From positions 655 to 64,654 of the forward strand of contig JBBRBF010000016.1 of NCBI GenBank assembly GCA_038206105.1: a stretch of DNA of 64,000 bases. Reading direction: 5' to 3'. Source of the stretch: Actinomycetales bacterium. Lineage in GTDB: Bacteria; Actinomycetota; Actinomycetes; Actinomycetales; JBBRBF01. Shown here in pieces: positions 47,122 through 55,428 of this stretch. The notes beneath the pieces were generated by a model. It made no database searches. It saw only the letters and a program-made list of their open reading frames with translations, and was not told where the DNA came from. Within the stretch, counting starts at the first letter, position 1, and every line of letters begins with the position of its first letter. The position numbers and the translations under genes are program-made.

Positions 47122-48263
47122 AGCCCGAGGTCCCGGCCGACGATCTCCTTCATGATCTCGTTCGAGCCCGCCCAGATCTTCGTGACGCGGGCGTCCCGCC
47201 AGGCTCGCGCGACGCGGTACTCGTTCATGTACCCGTAGCCGCCGTGCAGCTGCACGCAGGCGTCGATCACGTCGTTCTGCACCTCGGCGGACCACCACTT
47301 CGCCTTCGCCGCGTCGGGCGCGGAGAGGTCCCCGTCGCCGTGCAGGGCGACGCACTGGTCGACGAAGGCGCGCGTCACGTCGATCTTGGTGACGAGCTCG
47401 GCGATCGTGAACTTGTTGTGCTGGAACGAGCCGATGCTCTGCCCGAACGCCGTCCGCTCGCGCGTGTACTCGATCGTCTCGGCGAGGATCTGGGCGGCAT
47501 GCGCGGTGTTCGACACCGCAGCACCGATCCGCTCCCCCACCAGGTGCTCCATCATGTGCACGAAGCCGCGGTCGACCTCCCCGATCACGTTGCCCGCAGG
47601 CACCCGGACGCCGTCGAAGAAGAGCTCGGCGGTGTCGGACTCGGTCTGGCCGACCTTGTCGAGCTTGCGCCCGCGGTCGAAGCCCGCCATACCCGTCTCG
47701 ACGGCGAACAGCGTGATCCCCCTGGAGCCGCCCTCGGCTGTCGTCCGCGCCGCCACGATCACGAGGTCCGCGGACCAGCCGTTGGTGATGAACGTCTTCG
47801 AGCCGCTCAGCACCCAGTCGCCGCCGTCACGGCGGGCCGACGTCCGCAGTGCCGCCAGGTCGGACCCGCCCCCGGGCTCGGTCATGGCGATCGCGGTGAG
47901 CAGCTCACCCGTGCAGAAACGGGGAAGCCACCGCTGCCGCTGCTCCTCGGTGGTCAGCTCGACGAGGTACGGCGCGACGACGGAGGAGTGGATCCCGAAG
48001 CACGAGGAGATCGAGGCTGACAGCGCCGAGAGCTCCTCGGCGACCACCACGCCGAAGCGGGGGTCCTCGGACCCCTGGCCGCCGTAGGCGTCCGGTACGC
48101 GCATCCCGAGGAAGCCCTGCTTGCCCGCCTCGATCCACACGTCGCGCGGCAGGCCGCGCGCCTCGACGAACTCGTCCATCCGCGGTCGCAGGGACCGGTC
48201 GCAGAACTCGCGGACGGACGCGCGCAGCGCCTCGTGCTCGGCGGTGAACAGCGTACGACGCAC
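47118..48263 (-). CDS. Long-chain acyl-CoA dehydrogenase
   Basis: IAMTEPGGGSDL, SKTFITNG, ER, QLHGGYGYMNEY, IWAGSNEIMK. Confidence 0.95.
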   Translation of the reverse strand: MRRTLFTAEHEALRASVREFCDRSLRPRMDEFVEARGLPRDVWIEAGKQGFLGMRVPDAYGGQGSEDPRFGVVVAEELSALSASISSCFGIHSSVVAPYLVELTTEEQRQRWLPRFCTGELLTAIAMTEPGGGSDLAALRTSARRDGGDWVLSGSKTFITNGWSADLVIVAARTTAEGGSRGITLFAVETGMAGFDRGRKLDKVGQTESDTAELFFDGVRVPAGNVIGEVDRGFVHMMEHLVGERIGAAVSNTAHAAQILAETIEYTRERTAFGQSIGSFQHNKFTIAELVTKIDVTRAFVDQCVALHGDGDLSAPDAAKAKWWSAEVQNDVIDACVQLHGGYGYMNEYRVARAWRDARVTKIWAGSNEIMKEIVGRDLGL

Positions 48264-48295
48264 GGTGCCTCCGGGGTGTTACGGTCGCGGCATGA

Positions 48296-48311
48296 GTGAG
48301 CGCTTGCTCAC
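48296..48311. promoter_or_regulatory. Candidate TetR operator
   Basis: GTGAGC-GCTT-GCTCAC palindrome between the divergent ACAD and TetR genes. Confidence 0.65.
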
Positions 48312-48360
48312 CGCTCAGCGTCGGTCCCCCCGGGCCCGGGTGTCAAGGCGGTCCGACGCG

Positions 48361-49005
48361 GTGACCGCGGGCAATGTCGGTGGGCGGCCCGCTGTCGCCC
48401 AGGTGTGGCCGGACGACGTCCCTCCGGCCGCGCGACGACTGCTCGACGCTGCCGTCGCCGCCTTCGCCGAGCGCGGCTACCACGGCACGACGACCCGCGA
48501 CATCACGGGCCGCGCGGGGCTGAGCCCCGCCGGGCTGTACGTGCACTACCCCTCCAAGGCAGCGGTGCTCGGGCACGTCAGCCGGATCGGCCACGAACGG
48601 GCGCTCGACCTTGTGCGGGAGTGCCTCGCCGGTGGCGGCCGGCCCCGGGACCGGCTGCACGACCTCGTCGCCACGTTCGTCGCCTGGCACGCCGAGCACC
48701 ACACGATGGCCCGGGTGGTGCAGCACGAGCTCGCGGCGCTGACGCCGGAGGACCGGGCCGAGGTGACACGGCTGCGCCGGGCCCTGGAGCGCGCGGTGGC
48801 CGCGGAGGTCCGCCGCGGCGCGGCCGTCGGTGACCTGGTCGTGCCCGCTCCGCGCCAGGCGACGCGTGCCATGCTCTCCCTCGCCGTGGACGTGGCCCGC
48901 TGGTACGACCCTGGAGGTCGGGAGTCGCCCCAGCGTCTCGGCCGCGTGTACGCCGACCTCGCCCTGCGGATGCTGGGCGCCGCCGAGACGAAGGACGCTC
49001 CGTGA
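48361..49005 (+). CDS. TetR/AcrR-family transcriptional regulator
   Basis: LLDAAVAAFAERGYHGTTTRDI..RAGLSPAGLYVHYPSK; start uncertain (48292, 48361 or 48403). Confidence 0.92.
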   Translation: MTAGNVGGRPAVAQVWPDDVPPAARRLLDAAVAAFAERGYHGTTTRDITGRAGLSPAGLYVHYPSKAAVLGHVSRIGHERALDLVRECLAGGGRPRDRLHDLVATFVAWHAEHHTMARVVQHELAALTPEDRAEVTRLRRALERAVAAEVRRGAAVGDLVVPAPRQATRAMLSLAVDVARWYDPGGRESPQRLGRVYADLALRMLGAAETKDAP

Positions 49006-49889
49006 GCCAGGCCGCGACGACCCCCCTCGCCGAGCTGTGCGCCGTCCTCGACCTGGAGGAGCACGGCAGCGACGACCGAGGTCAGGACCGATTCCTCGGG
49101 CAGAGCCAGCGCCAGCCGCACGGCAGGGTGTTCGGCGGGCAGGTGCTCGGGCAGGCCCTCGTCGCCGCGGGGCGGACTGTGGCGGCGGACCGCCCGGTGC
49201 ACTCGATGCACGGGTACTTCCTGCGCGCCGGCGACTCCACGGAGCCGATCGAGTTCGCCGTCGAGCGGCTGCGCGACGGCCGGTCGTTCAGCGCCCGGCG
49301 GGTGCACGCGCTGCAGCAGGACCGGCCGATCCTGTCGATGATCGCGTCGTTCCAGCACGACGACCCCGGCCTGGACCACGCCGACCCGATGCCGGACGTC
49401 CCCGCGCCGGAGGACCTGCCCACCACCGCGGACCTGATCGGCCACATCGACCACCCGGCCGCCCGGTACTGGAGTCGCGAGCGGCCGATCGACGTGCGCC
49501 ACGTGCAGGACCCGGTGTACCTCGTCGCGGCCGACGAGCGCACCGCGCGGCAGGCGGTGTGGCTGCGTGCGGACGGCACGCTGCCCGACGCCCCGCTGCT
49601 GCACCGGGCCGTGCTGGGCTACGCGAGCGACTACACGCTGCTCGAGGCGGTGCTGCGCCGCCACGGCGTCGCATGGGCGACGCCGGGGCTGAAGGCGGCG
49701 AGCCTCGACCACGCGATGTGGTGGCACCGCCCGGGTCGCGCCGACGACTGGCTCCTGTACGTGCAGGGCAGCCCGTCGGCATCGGGGTCGCGCGGCCTGG
49801 GCATCGGCCGGCTCTTCGCGCGCGACGGCACCCTCGTGGCCTCCGTGGCGCAGGAGGGGATGGTCCGCGTCCCGCCCCCGCAGGGCTGA
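49002..49889 (+). CDS. tesB: Acyl-CoA thioesterase II
   Basis: RVFGGQVLGQAL, HSMHGYFLRAGD, RDGRSF, YASD, SLDHAMW, SVAQEG. Confidence 0.95.
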   Translation: MSQAATTPLAELCAVLDLEEHGSDDRGQDRFLGQSQRQPHGRVFGGQVLGQALVAAGRTVAADRPVHSMHGYFLRAGDSTEPIEFAVERLRDGRSFSARRVHALQQDRPILSMIASFQHDDPGLDHADPMPDVPAPEDLPTTADLIGHIDHPAARYWSRERPIDVRHVQDPVYLVAADERTARQAVWLRADGTLPDAPLLHRAVLGYASDYTLLEAVLRRHGVAWATPGLKAASLDHAMWWHRPGRADDWLLYVQGSPSASGSRGLGIGRLFARDGTLVASVAQEGMVRVPPPQG

Positions 49890-49902
49890 GACGCCGGCCC
49901 GC

Positions 49903-51249
49903 TCACAGACCGGCCCGCGCGATCTCGCGGCAGGCGTCCGCCACGTGGGTGCGGAAGACCTCGACGTCGCGCTCGTGGTGACCGCCGCCCTCGAACGCGT
50001 CCACAAGGAGGTCAAGCTCGCCGAGCAGGCGGGCGCGCACGGTCCGGTCGGACGAGCGGGTGCCGACCCGCTCGGCGAGCTCGACGGCGGTGTGCATCAC
50101 CGACGGCGCGCTCGCGGCGTACCAGCGCATCGCGTCGAGCACCATTCCCACCATCTCGGTGAGGTCGGCGCGCGGTGCGTAGAGCCGGATCGTCCCCTGC
50201 TCGTCGTAGCGCGCGGCCGACGGCGTGACCCGACCCGCGAGCAGGCCCAGCCCCGAGGACAGGTCGTCCAGGGCGTTCACCGCGGTGAAGGGGTCGTTGG
50301 TGCCGGGCGACAGTGCCCGGACGGCCATCTCGGTGAGCTGCTGCACGGCGAACTCGAGGTCCTGGTAGGGGCTGCGCGCATTGGCGAGCGTGAAGGCGCC
50401 GCGGACGGCGTCGACGAGCTCGGCTCGGTCGTCGTCGTCGGGTAGTCCGTGCACCACTGCCAGGACCGTGTCGTCGAGCACGTACTGCCCGGGGCGCACC
50501 TGCAACGCGAGCAGCACGTCGTACCGGCGCGCCGTCCGCATCAAGGAGTCCTCGCGCACCGACTGCACGTAGCCGGGCGCCTCGGCGAGCACCGGGACAC
50601 CCTCCCCGGCCGCGTCGTCCGGCACGGCCGTGGCCTGTGCGTCGACCTCGGACTCACCCCGGCCACCGAGCTCCGGGTACAGCCGCTGCACGGTCGCGCG
50701 CAGGTCGGTGCGCACCGCGCTGGACAACGTGGCGACCTGGATCGAGTCGCTGATGTGGTGGATGAAGTAGACGAGCATGCCGACGTTGAGGATCGCGAGC
50801 AGGACGGCCACGTTGACGGCGATGTGCGGCACGAAGACGTCGCCCTGCTGCGCCCCCGGGTCGCCGATCACCCGGACGGACCGGAGCACGAGCAGGCTGT
50901 ACAGGAAGGTCGCGACGTAGACACCGAGGACCAGCTGGTTGCCCCGGTCGACCATGAAGTTGCGCACGAGCCGTGGCCCGTAGGTCGAGGAGGTCAGGGC
51001 CAGCACGGCCATCGTGATCGAGAACGTCGTCCCCGCGACGGCGAGCGCCGACGCGCCGATGGTGCCGAGGATGTCGCGGCTGCCACTGCCCCCGACGCGG
51101 ACGACGAAGAGGTCCAGCACCGGGCCGGGTGTGATGTCGCCCAGGGTCTGGTCGAGCCGCACGAGGCTCTGGGCGAGCACGAACGCTGCCAGGCAGAGGA
51201 TCGCAGGCAGGAACCAGAACTTCTCGCGGAGCCGCAGCAGCAGGTTCAC
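49903..51249 (-). CDS. DUF2254-family membrane protein
   Basis: FSIT...L.L.SSTYGPRL, FVATFLYSL, QDLEFAVQQL.EMAVRALSPG.NDP.TA. Confidence 0.9.
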   Translation of the reverse strand: MNLLLRLREKFWFLPAILCLAAFVLAQSLVRLDQTLGDITPGPVLDLFVVRVGGSGSRDILGTIGASALAVAGTTFSITMAVLALTSSTYGPRLVRNFMVDRGNQLVLGVYVATFLYSLLVLRSVRVIGDPGAQQGDVFVPHIAVNVAVLLAILNVGMLVYFIHHISDSIQVATLSSAVRTDLRATVQRLYPELGGRGESEVDAQATAVPDDAAGEGVPVLAEAPGYVQSVREDSLMRTARRYDVLLALQVRPGQYVLDDTVLAVVHGLPDDDDRAELVDAVRGAFTLANARSPYQDLEFAVQQLTEMAVRALSPGTNDPFTAVNALDDLSSGLGLLAGRVTPSAARYDEQGTIRLYAPRADLTEMVGMVLDAMRWYAASAPSVMHTAVELAERVGTRSSDRTVRARLLGELDLLVDAFEGGGHHERDVEVFRTHVADACREIARAGL

Positions 51250-51274
51250 GCCCGCGAGCCTGCCAGGTCCGCGC

Positions 51275-52957
51275 TCAGTCGCGAGTCAGCTTGCGGTACG
51301 TGACGCGGTGGGGGCGGGCGGCGTCGGCGCCCAGGCGCTCGACCTTGTTCTCCTCGTAGGACGCGAAGTTGCCCTCGAACCAGTACCACGTCGCCGGGTC
51401 CGTCTCGTCGCCCTCGTAGGCGAGGATGTGCGTGCAGACCCGGTCGAGGAACCACCGGTCGTGGGAGATCACCACGGCGCAGCCGGGGAAGTCGAGCAGC
51501 GCGTTCTCCAGCGAGCCGAGCGTCTCGACGTCCAGGTCGTTCGTCGGCTCGTCGAGCAGCAGCAGGTTGCCGCCCTCCTTGAGGGTCAGCGCCAGGTTGA
51601 GCCGGTTGCGCTCCCCGCCGGAGAGCACGCCGGCCGGCTTCTGCTGGTCCGGACCCTTGAAGCCGAACGAGGACACGTAGGCCCGCGACGGGATCTCGAC
51701 GTTGCCGACCTGGATGTAGTCGAGCCCGTCGGAAACCACCTCCCAGAGCGTCTTCTTCGGGTCCAGGCGCCCACGCTCCTGGTCCACGTAGGAGATCTTC
51801 ACGGTGTCGCCGATCTTCACCGTGCCGTCGTCAGGCTCCTCGAGCCCCACGATCGTCTTGAAGAGCGTGGTCTTGCCGACGCCGTTGGGTCCGATGACAC
51901 CGACGATCCCGTTGCGCGGCAGCGAGAACGACAGGTCGTCGATGAGGACCCGGTCACCGAAGCCCTTGCGCAGCCCGGTGGTCTCGATCACCTGGCTCCC
52001 CAGCCGCGGCCCCGGGGGGATCTGGATCTCCTCGAAGTCGAGCTTGCGGGTGCGCTCGGCCTCGGCGGCCATCTCCTCGTACCGAGCGAGGCGGGAGCGC
52101 GACTTGGTCTGGCGGGCCTTGGCGTTGGAGCGCACCCACTCCAGCTCGTCCTTGAGCCGCTTGGCGAGCTTGACGTCCTTCTTGCCCTGGACGCTGAGCC
52201 GCTCCTGCTTCTTCTCCAGGTACGTGGAGTAGTTGCCCTCGTAGGGGTAGAGCCGACCGCGGTCGACCTCGGCGATCCACCCGGCGACGTTGTCGAGGAA
52301 GTACCGGTCGTGCGTCACGGCGAGCACGGCGCCCGGGTACTTCGCCAGGTGCTGCTCGAGCCAGCTCACCGACTCGGCGTCGAGGTGGTTCGTGGGCTCG
52401 TCGAGCAGCAGCAGGTCGGGCTTGGACAGCAGCAGCTTGCACAGCGCGACCCGGCGCCGCTCGCCGCCGGACAGCACCGTGACGTCTGCGTCGGCGGGCG
52501 GGCAGCGCAGCGCGTCCATCGCCTGCTCGAGCTGGGAGTCCAGGTCCCAGGCGTCGGCGTGGTCGAGGGCCTCCTGCAGCTCGCCCATCTCGGCGAGCAG
52601 CGCGTCGTAGTCGGCGTCGGGCGAGGCCATCTCGGCCGAGATCGCCTCGAACCGGTCGGCCTTGGCCTTGATCTCGCCCAGGCCCTCCTCGACGTTGCCG
52701 AGGACCGACTTCTCCTCGTTCAGCGTCGGCTCCTGCTGCAGGATGCCGACGCTGTACCCCGGGGACAGGCGCGCCTCACCGTTCGACGGCTGGTCGAGCC
52801 CCGCCATGATCTTGAGGATCGTGGACTTGCCGGCCCCGTTCGGACCCACGACGCCGATCTTGGCGCCGGGGAGGAAGTTGAGGGTGACGTCGTCCAGGAT
52901 GACCTTGTCGCCGAGCGCCTTGCGCGCCTTGTACATGCTGTAGATGAACTCCGCCAT
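51275..52957 (-). CDS. ettA: ABC-F energy-dependent translational throttle protein
   Basis: MAEFIYSM, two ABC cassettes (GPNGAGKST and GPNGVGKTT, LSGGE twice), WFEGNF..YE. Confidence 0.97.
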   Translation of the reverse strand: MAEFIYSMYKARKALGDKVILDDVTLNFLPGAKIGVVGPNGAGKSTILKIMAGLDQPSNGEARLSPGYSVGILQQEPTLNEEKSVLGNVEEGLGEIKAKADRFEAISAEMASPDADYDALLAEMGELQEALDHADAWDLDSQLEQAMDALRCPPADADVTVLSGGERRRVALCKLLLSKPDLLLLDEPTNHLDAESVSWLEQHLAKYPGAVLAVTHDRYFLDNVAGWIAEVDRGRLYPYEGNYSTYLEKKQERLSVQGKKDVKLAKRLKDELEWVRSNAKARQTKSRSRLARYEEMAAEAERTRKLDFEEIQIPPGPRLGSQVIETTGLRKGFGDRVLIDDLSFSLPRNGIVGVIGPNGVGKTTLFKTIVGLEEPDDGTVKIGDTVKISYVDQERGRLDPKKTLWEVVSDGLDYIQVGNVEIPSRAYVSSFGFKGPDQQKPAGVLSGGERNRLNLALTLKEGGNLLLLDEPTNDLDVETLGSLENALLDFPGCAVVISHDRWFLDRVCTHILAYEGDETDPATWYWFEGNFASYEENKVERLGADAARPHRVTYRKLTRD

Positions 52958-53051
52958 GGCGACCAGGCTAGTCGCCGGTGACGGGGCCACCGGCCAGCGG
53001 CCACCGGCACGGGCGACCAGCCGGCCGGACGGTCGGCGACGCGGCCGTCGC

Positions 53052-53537
53052 TCAGCCGGACGCCGCCGCGGCAGCCACGCTGTCGCCGGCTCCCGCGTCA
53101 CCGGCGTCCGACTCCGGGGTTCCGAGGACGGCGGCGTCCGGCGCCACGGCGGCGTCGGGTGGTCCTCCGCTCGACGCGCGCACCACGCGGGTGAACCGCG
53201 TCGTCCCGAACGTCAGGTCGTGCCCCACGTGGTCCGCGGTGATCTCGACCGTGCTGCGGCTGTTGCCGTCGCGGTCCTCCCAGGTGTCCACGCCGAGCCG
53301 ACCGACGACGACCACCCGCTCGCCCTTGCGCAGCGACTCCCCGGTGTTCGCGCCGAGCTGGCGCCAGGCGCTGACCTGGTAGAAGCACGTCCGCCCGTCG
53401 GTCCACCCGCCTGACCCGTCGGGCACCCGGGGCGTGCACGCGAGTCGGAAGCCGGTGACGCGGACGTCGTCGGCCACCTGGCGCTGCACCGGGTCCGCGA
53501 CGAGGTTGCCGACGACGGTGACGCTCGTGCTGTTCAT
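53052..53537 (-). CDS. ssb: Single-stranded DNA-binding protein, second paralog (SsbB/Rv2478c type)
   Basis: VTVVGNLVADP, FRLACTPR, V.AWRQLG.N...SL.KG.RV.V.GRL, VGHDL..G; no DDxPF tail. Confidence 0.92.
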   Translation of the reverse strand: MNSTSVTVVGNLVADPVQRQVADDVRVTGFRLACTPRVPDGSGGWTDGRTCFYQVSAWRQLGANTGESLRKGERVVVVGRLGVDTWEDRDGNSRSTVEITADHVGHDLTFGTTRFTRVVRASSGGPPDAAVAPDAAVLGTPESDAGDAGAGDSVAAAAASG

Positions 53538-53701
53538 GGGTCCCTACCTCCTCCTCCCGCCGGCGGCGGGACGCAGCAGAGGCTGCCGCCGCACCGGGCA
53601 CGTCGGCACCCCTGCGGCGGTGGGCCGGGGACAGCCGGACCCACCTGCGGACCTGGGGACGGGTCGCTCGCAGCGGCGACGGGCCGCGCCGCGCGCGCAA
53701 G

Positions 53702-53817
53702 CGAACCCGACGTGCATGACCACCGCGCGGGAGCGGACCCGAGGTGCATGATCACCGCGCGGGAGCGGACCCGGAGTGCATGATCACCGGGGGTCCGGGG
53801 GCGGGGCGTCAGCGGGG
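53702..53817. repeat. REP-like element C: three tandem right-arm copies at 32-bp period followed by four G-runs
   Basis: ACCCGACGTGCATGACCACC / ACCCGAGGTGCATGATCACC / ACCCGGAGTGCATGATCACC, then G5-TCC-G5-C-G4-CGTCAGC-G4. Confidence 0.85.
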
Positions 53818-55428
53818 CGCGGCGTCGAGCAGCTCGCGGGTGCGGGCGTGGTCGGCGAGCACGGCTGCGACGGGGTCGAGCACCCGTGCCTCGGCGACGC
53901 CGGCCACCTGCCGGCGCAGGGCACGGCCGACCCGACGGCCGCGGCGACGTGCCCCGATGCCGGCCAGCACACGACCGAGCACCGCGAGCAGCACACCCCC
54001 GAGCAGCCCCCCGAGCAGCAGCACGGTCGGCCAGGGCAGCGGCCCCAGGTCGGGCACGGGGGGCTCCGGCACCCGCAGCCAGGTGAGGACGCCGAGGGTG
54101 ACGAGCCAGGCCAGCCCGGCCACGGCGGCGACAGCGAGCAGCACCTGCAGCGCCCCGGCCACCGGCCACCACCACGACGTCCGCTGCTGCAGGTCCACCC
54201 CCGTGACGGCCTGGTCCAGGGCGTCGGACAGGTTCTCGCCGCCCGGGTCGGCGGCCTCGCGCACCGCGCCGGCCCACCGCGGCGGCAGTCCCTGCGACGC
54301 GCCCTGCGCGACCCGTCGCGTCGCGAGCCCGACCCGGGCGCGCTGCGTCTGCGTCGGCTCCGGCAGCGAGGAGCGGGTCATCCGAATGAGCTCGGCGGAC
54401 CCGACACCGCTGAGCCGCAGCCGGCGCAGCGGGTCGGGCCGCAGCCGGCGCAGCCACCGGGTGAACGGCCACCCGACGTAGCCGGCGGCTCGGCGGCGGT
54501 GGTCTGCGTCCACCGCGCGCACCACCGCGGGCACGCCCGCGGCGTCGGCGAGCACGTCGACGAGCTGTTCGCGACCCACCCCACCGTCCGGGTCGGGCTC
54601 GGAGTCGCCGACGCCGGCCCGCAGCGCCCGGGCCGAACGCACCAGGTCGGCCCGGGCGCGGTCCTCCACGGCGGAGCGGGCGGCGACGGTGGCCGCGACG
54701 TGGGCCCGCAGGTCGGCCACGCCGTTCCCGGTGAGCGCGGACGTGGTGAGCACCCGCACGTCGGCGAGGCCGTCGGCCGCGAGCAGCCGCCGCAGGTCGC
54801 GCCGGCACGCCTCGACGTCCGCCGCGGCGAGCGTGTCGACCTGGTTCAGCACGAGTAGGGTCACGGCGTCGTGGTCACCCAGGTCGCGCAGGTACCCGGC
54901 GTGCAGCGCCTGGTCGGCGTACTTCTGGGGGTCGACCACCCAGACGAGCAGGTCGACGAGCGCGACCATCCGGTCGACCTCGACCCGGTGCTCCACCCGT
55001 GTCGAGTCGTGGTCGGGCAGGTCGAGCAGCACGAGACCGGCGAGGTCGCTCTCGTGGGCGGCGTCGAGCGCGGACTCCCGCTCGGTGCGGTGCCGCCGGG
55101 GGACGTCCAGCCAGTCGAGCAGCGCCTCGCCCCCAGGTCCCCACACGCACGCCGACGGCGTGGACGTCGTCGGCCGCCGCGCGCCCACCGTCGCGAGCTC
55201 GAGCCCGGCGAGCGCGTTGAACAGGCTCGACTTGCCGCTACCGGTGGCCCCGCCGAGTGCGACGACGGTGTGACCCGCCCCCAGTCGGAGCCGCTCACCG
55301 GTGCGCTCGAGCACGCGGCGGGTCTCGTCCACCGCGGTCGGGTCGAGCCGCCGGCTTCCGGTGTCGAGCGCGGCGCGCAGCGCGTCGACCCGGGCGGGCA
55401 GGTCGACCACCGGGTCCCGCCGGGTCAC
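53809..55428 (-). CDS. dynB: Dynamin-like GTPase (YfjP/DynB type)
   Basis: GATGSGKSSLFN, RPTT, LLDLPDHDS, DPQKYAD, LNQVD; two C-terminal TMs; GTGA overlap. Confidence 0.8.
   Translation of the reverse strand: MTRRDPVVDLPARVDALRAALDTGSRRLDPTAVDETRRVLERTGERLRLGAGHTVVALGGATGSGKSSLFNALAGLELATVGARRPTTSTPSACVWGPGGEALLDWLDVPRRHRTERESALDAAHESDLAGLVLLDLPDHDSTRVEHRVEVDRMVALVDLLVWVVDPQKYADQALHAGYLRDLGDHDAVTLLVLNQVDTLAAADVEACRRDLRRLLAADGLADVRVLTTSALTGNGVADLRAHVAATVAARSAVEDRARADLVRSARALRAGVGDSEPDPDGGVGREQLVDVLADAAGVPAVVRAVDADHRRRAAGYVGWPFTRWLRRLRPDPLRRLRLSGVGSAELIRMTRSSLPEPTQTQRARVGLATRRVAQGASQGLPPRWAGAVREAADPGGENLSDALDQAVTGVDLQQRTSWWWPVAGALQVLLAVAAVAGLAWLVTLGVLTWLRVPEPPVPDLGPLPWPTVLLLGGLLGGVLLAVLGRVLAGIGARRRGRRVGRALRRQVAGVAEARVLDPVAAVLADHARTRELLDAAPR

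Noticed and set aside
51014-52981. 655-aa plus-strand ORF opposite ettA
   Set aside because: Typical antisense shadow of an ABC-F gene
53702-53790. Possible mini-CRISPR array
   Set aside because: The inter-repeat segments are identical rather than unique spacers, the units degenerate, and there are no cas genes
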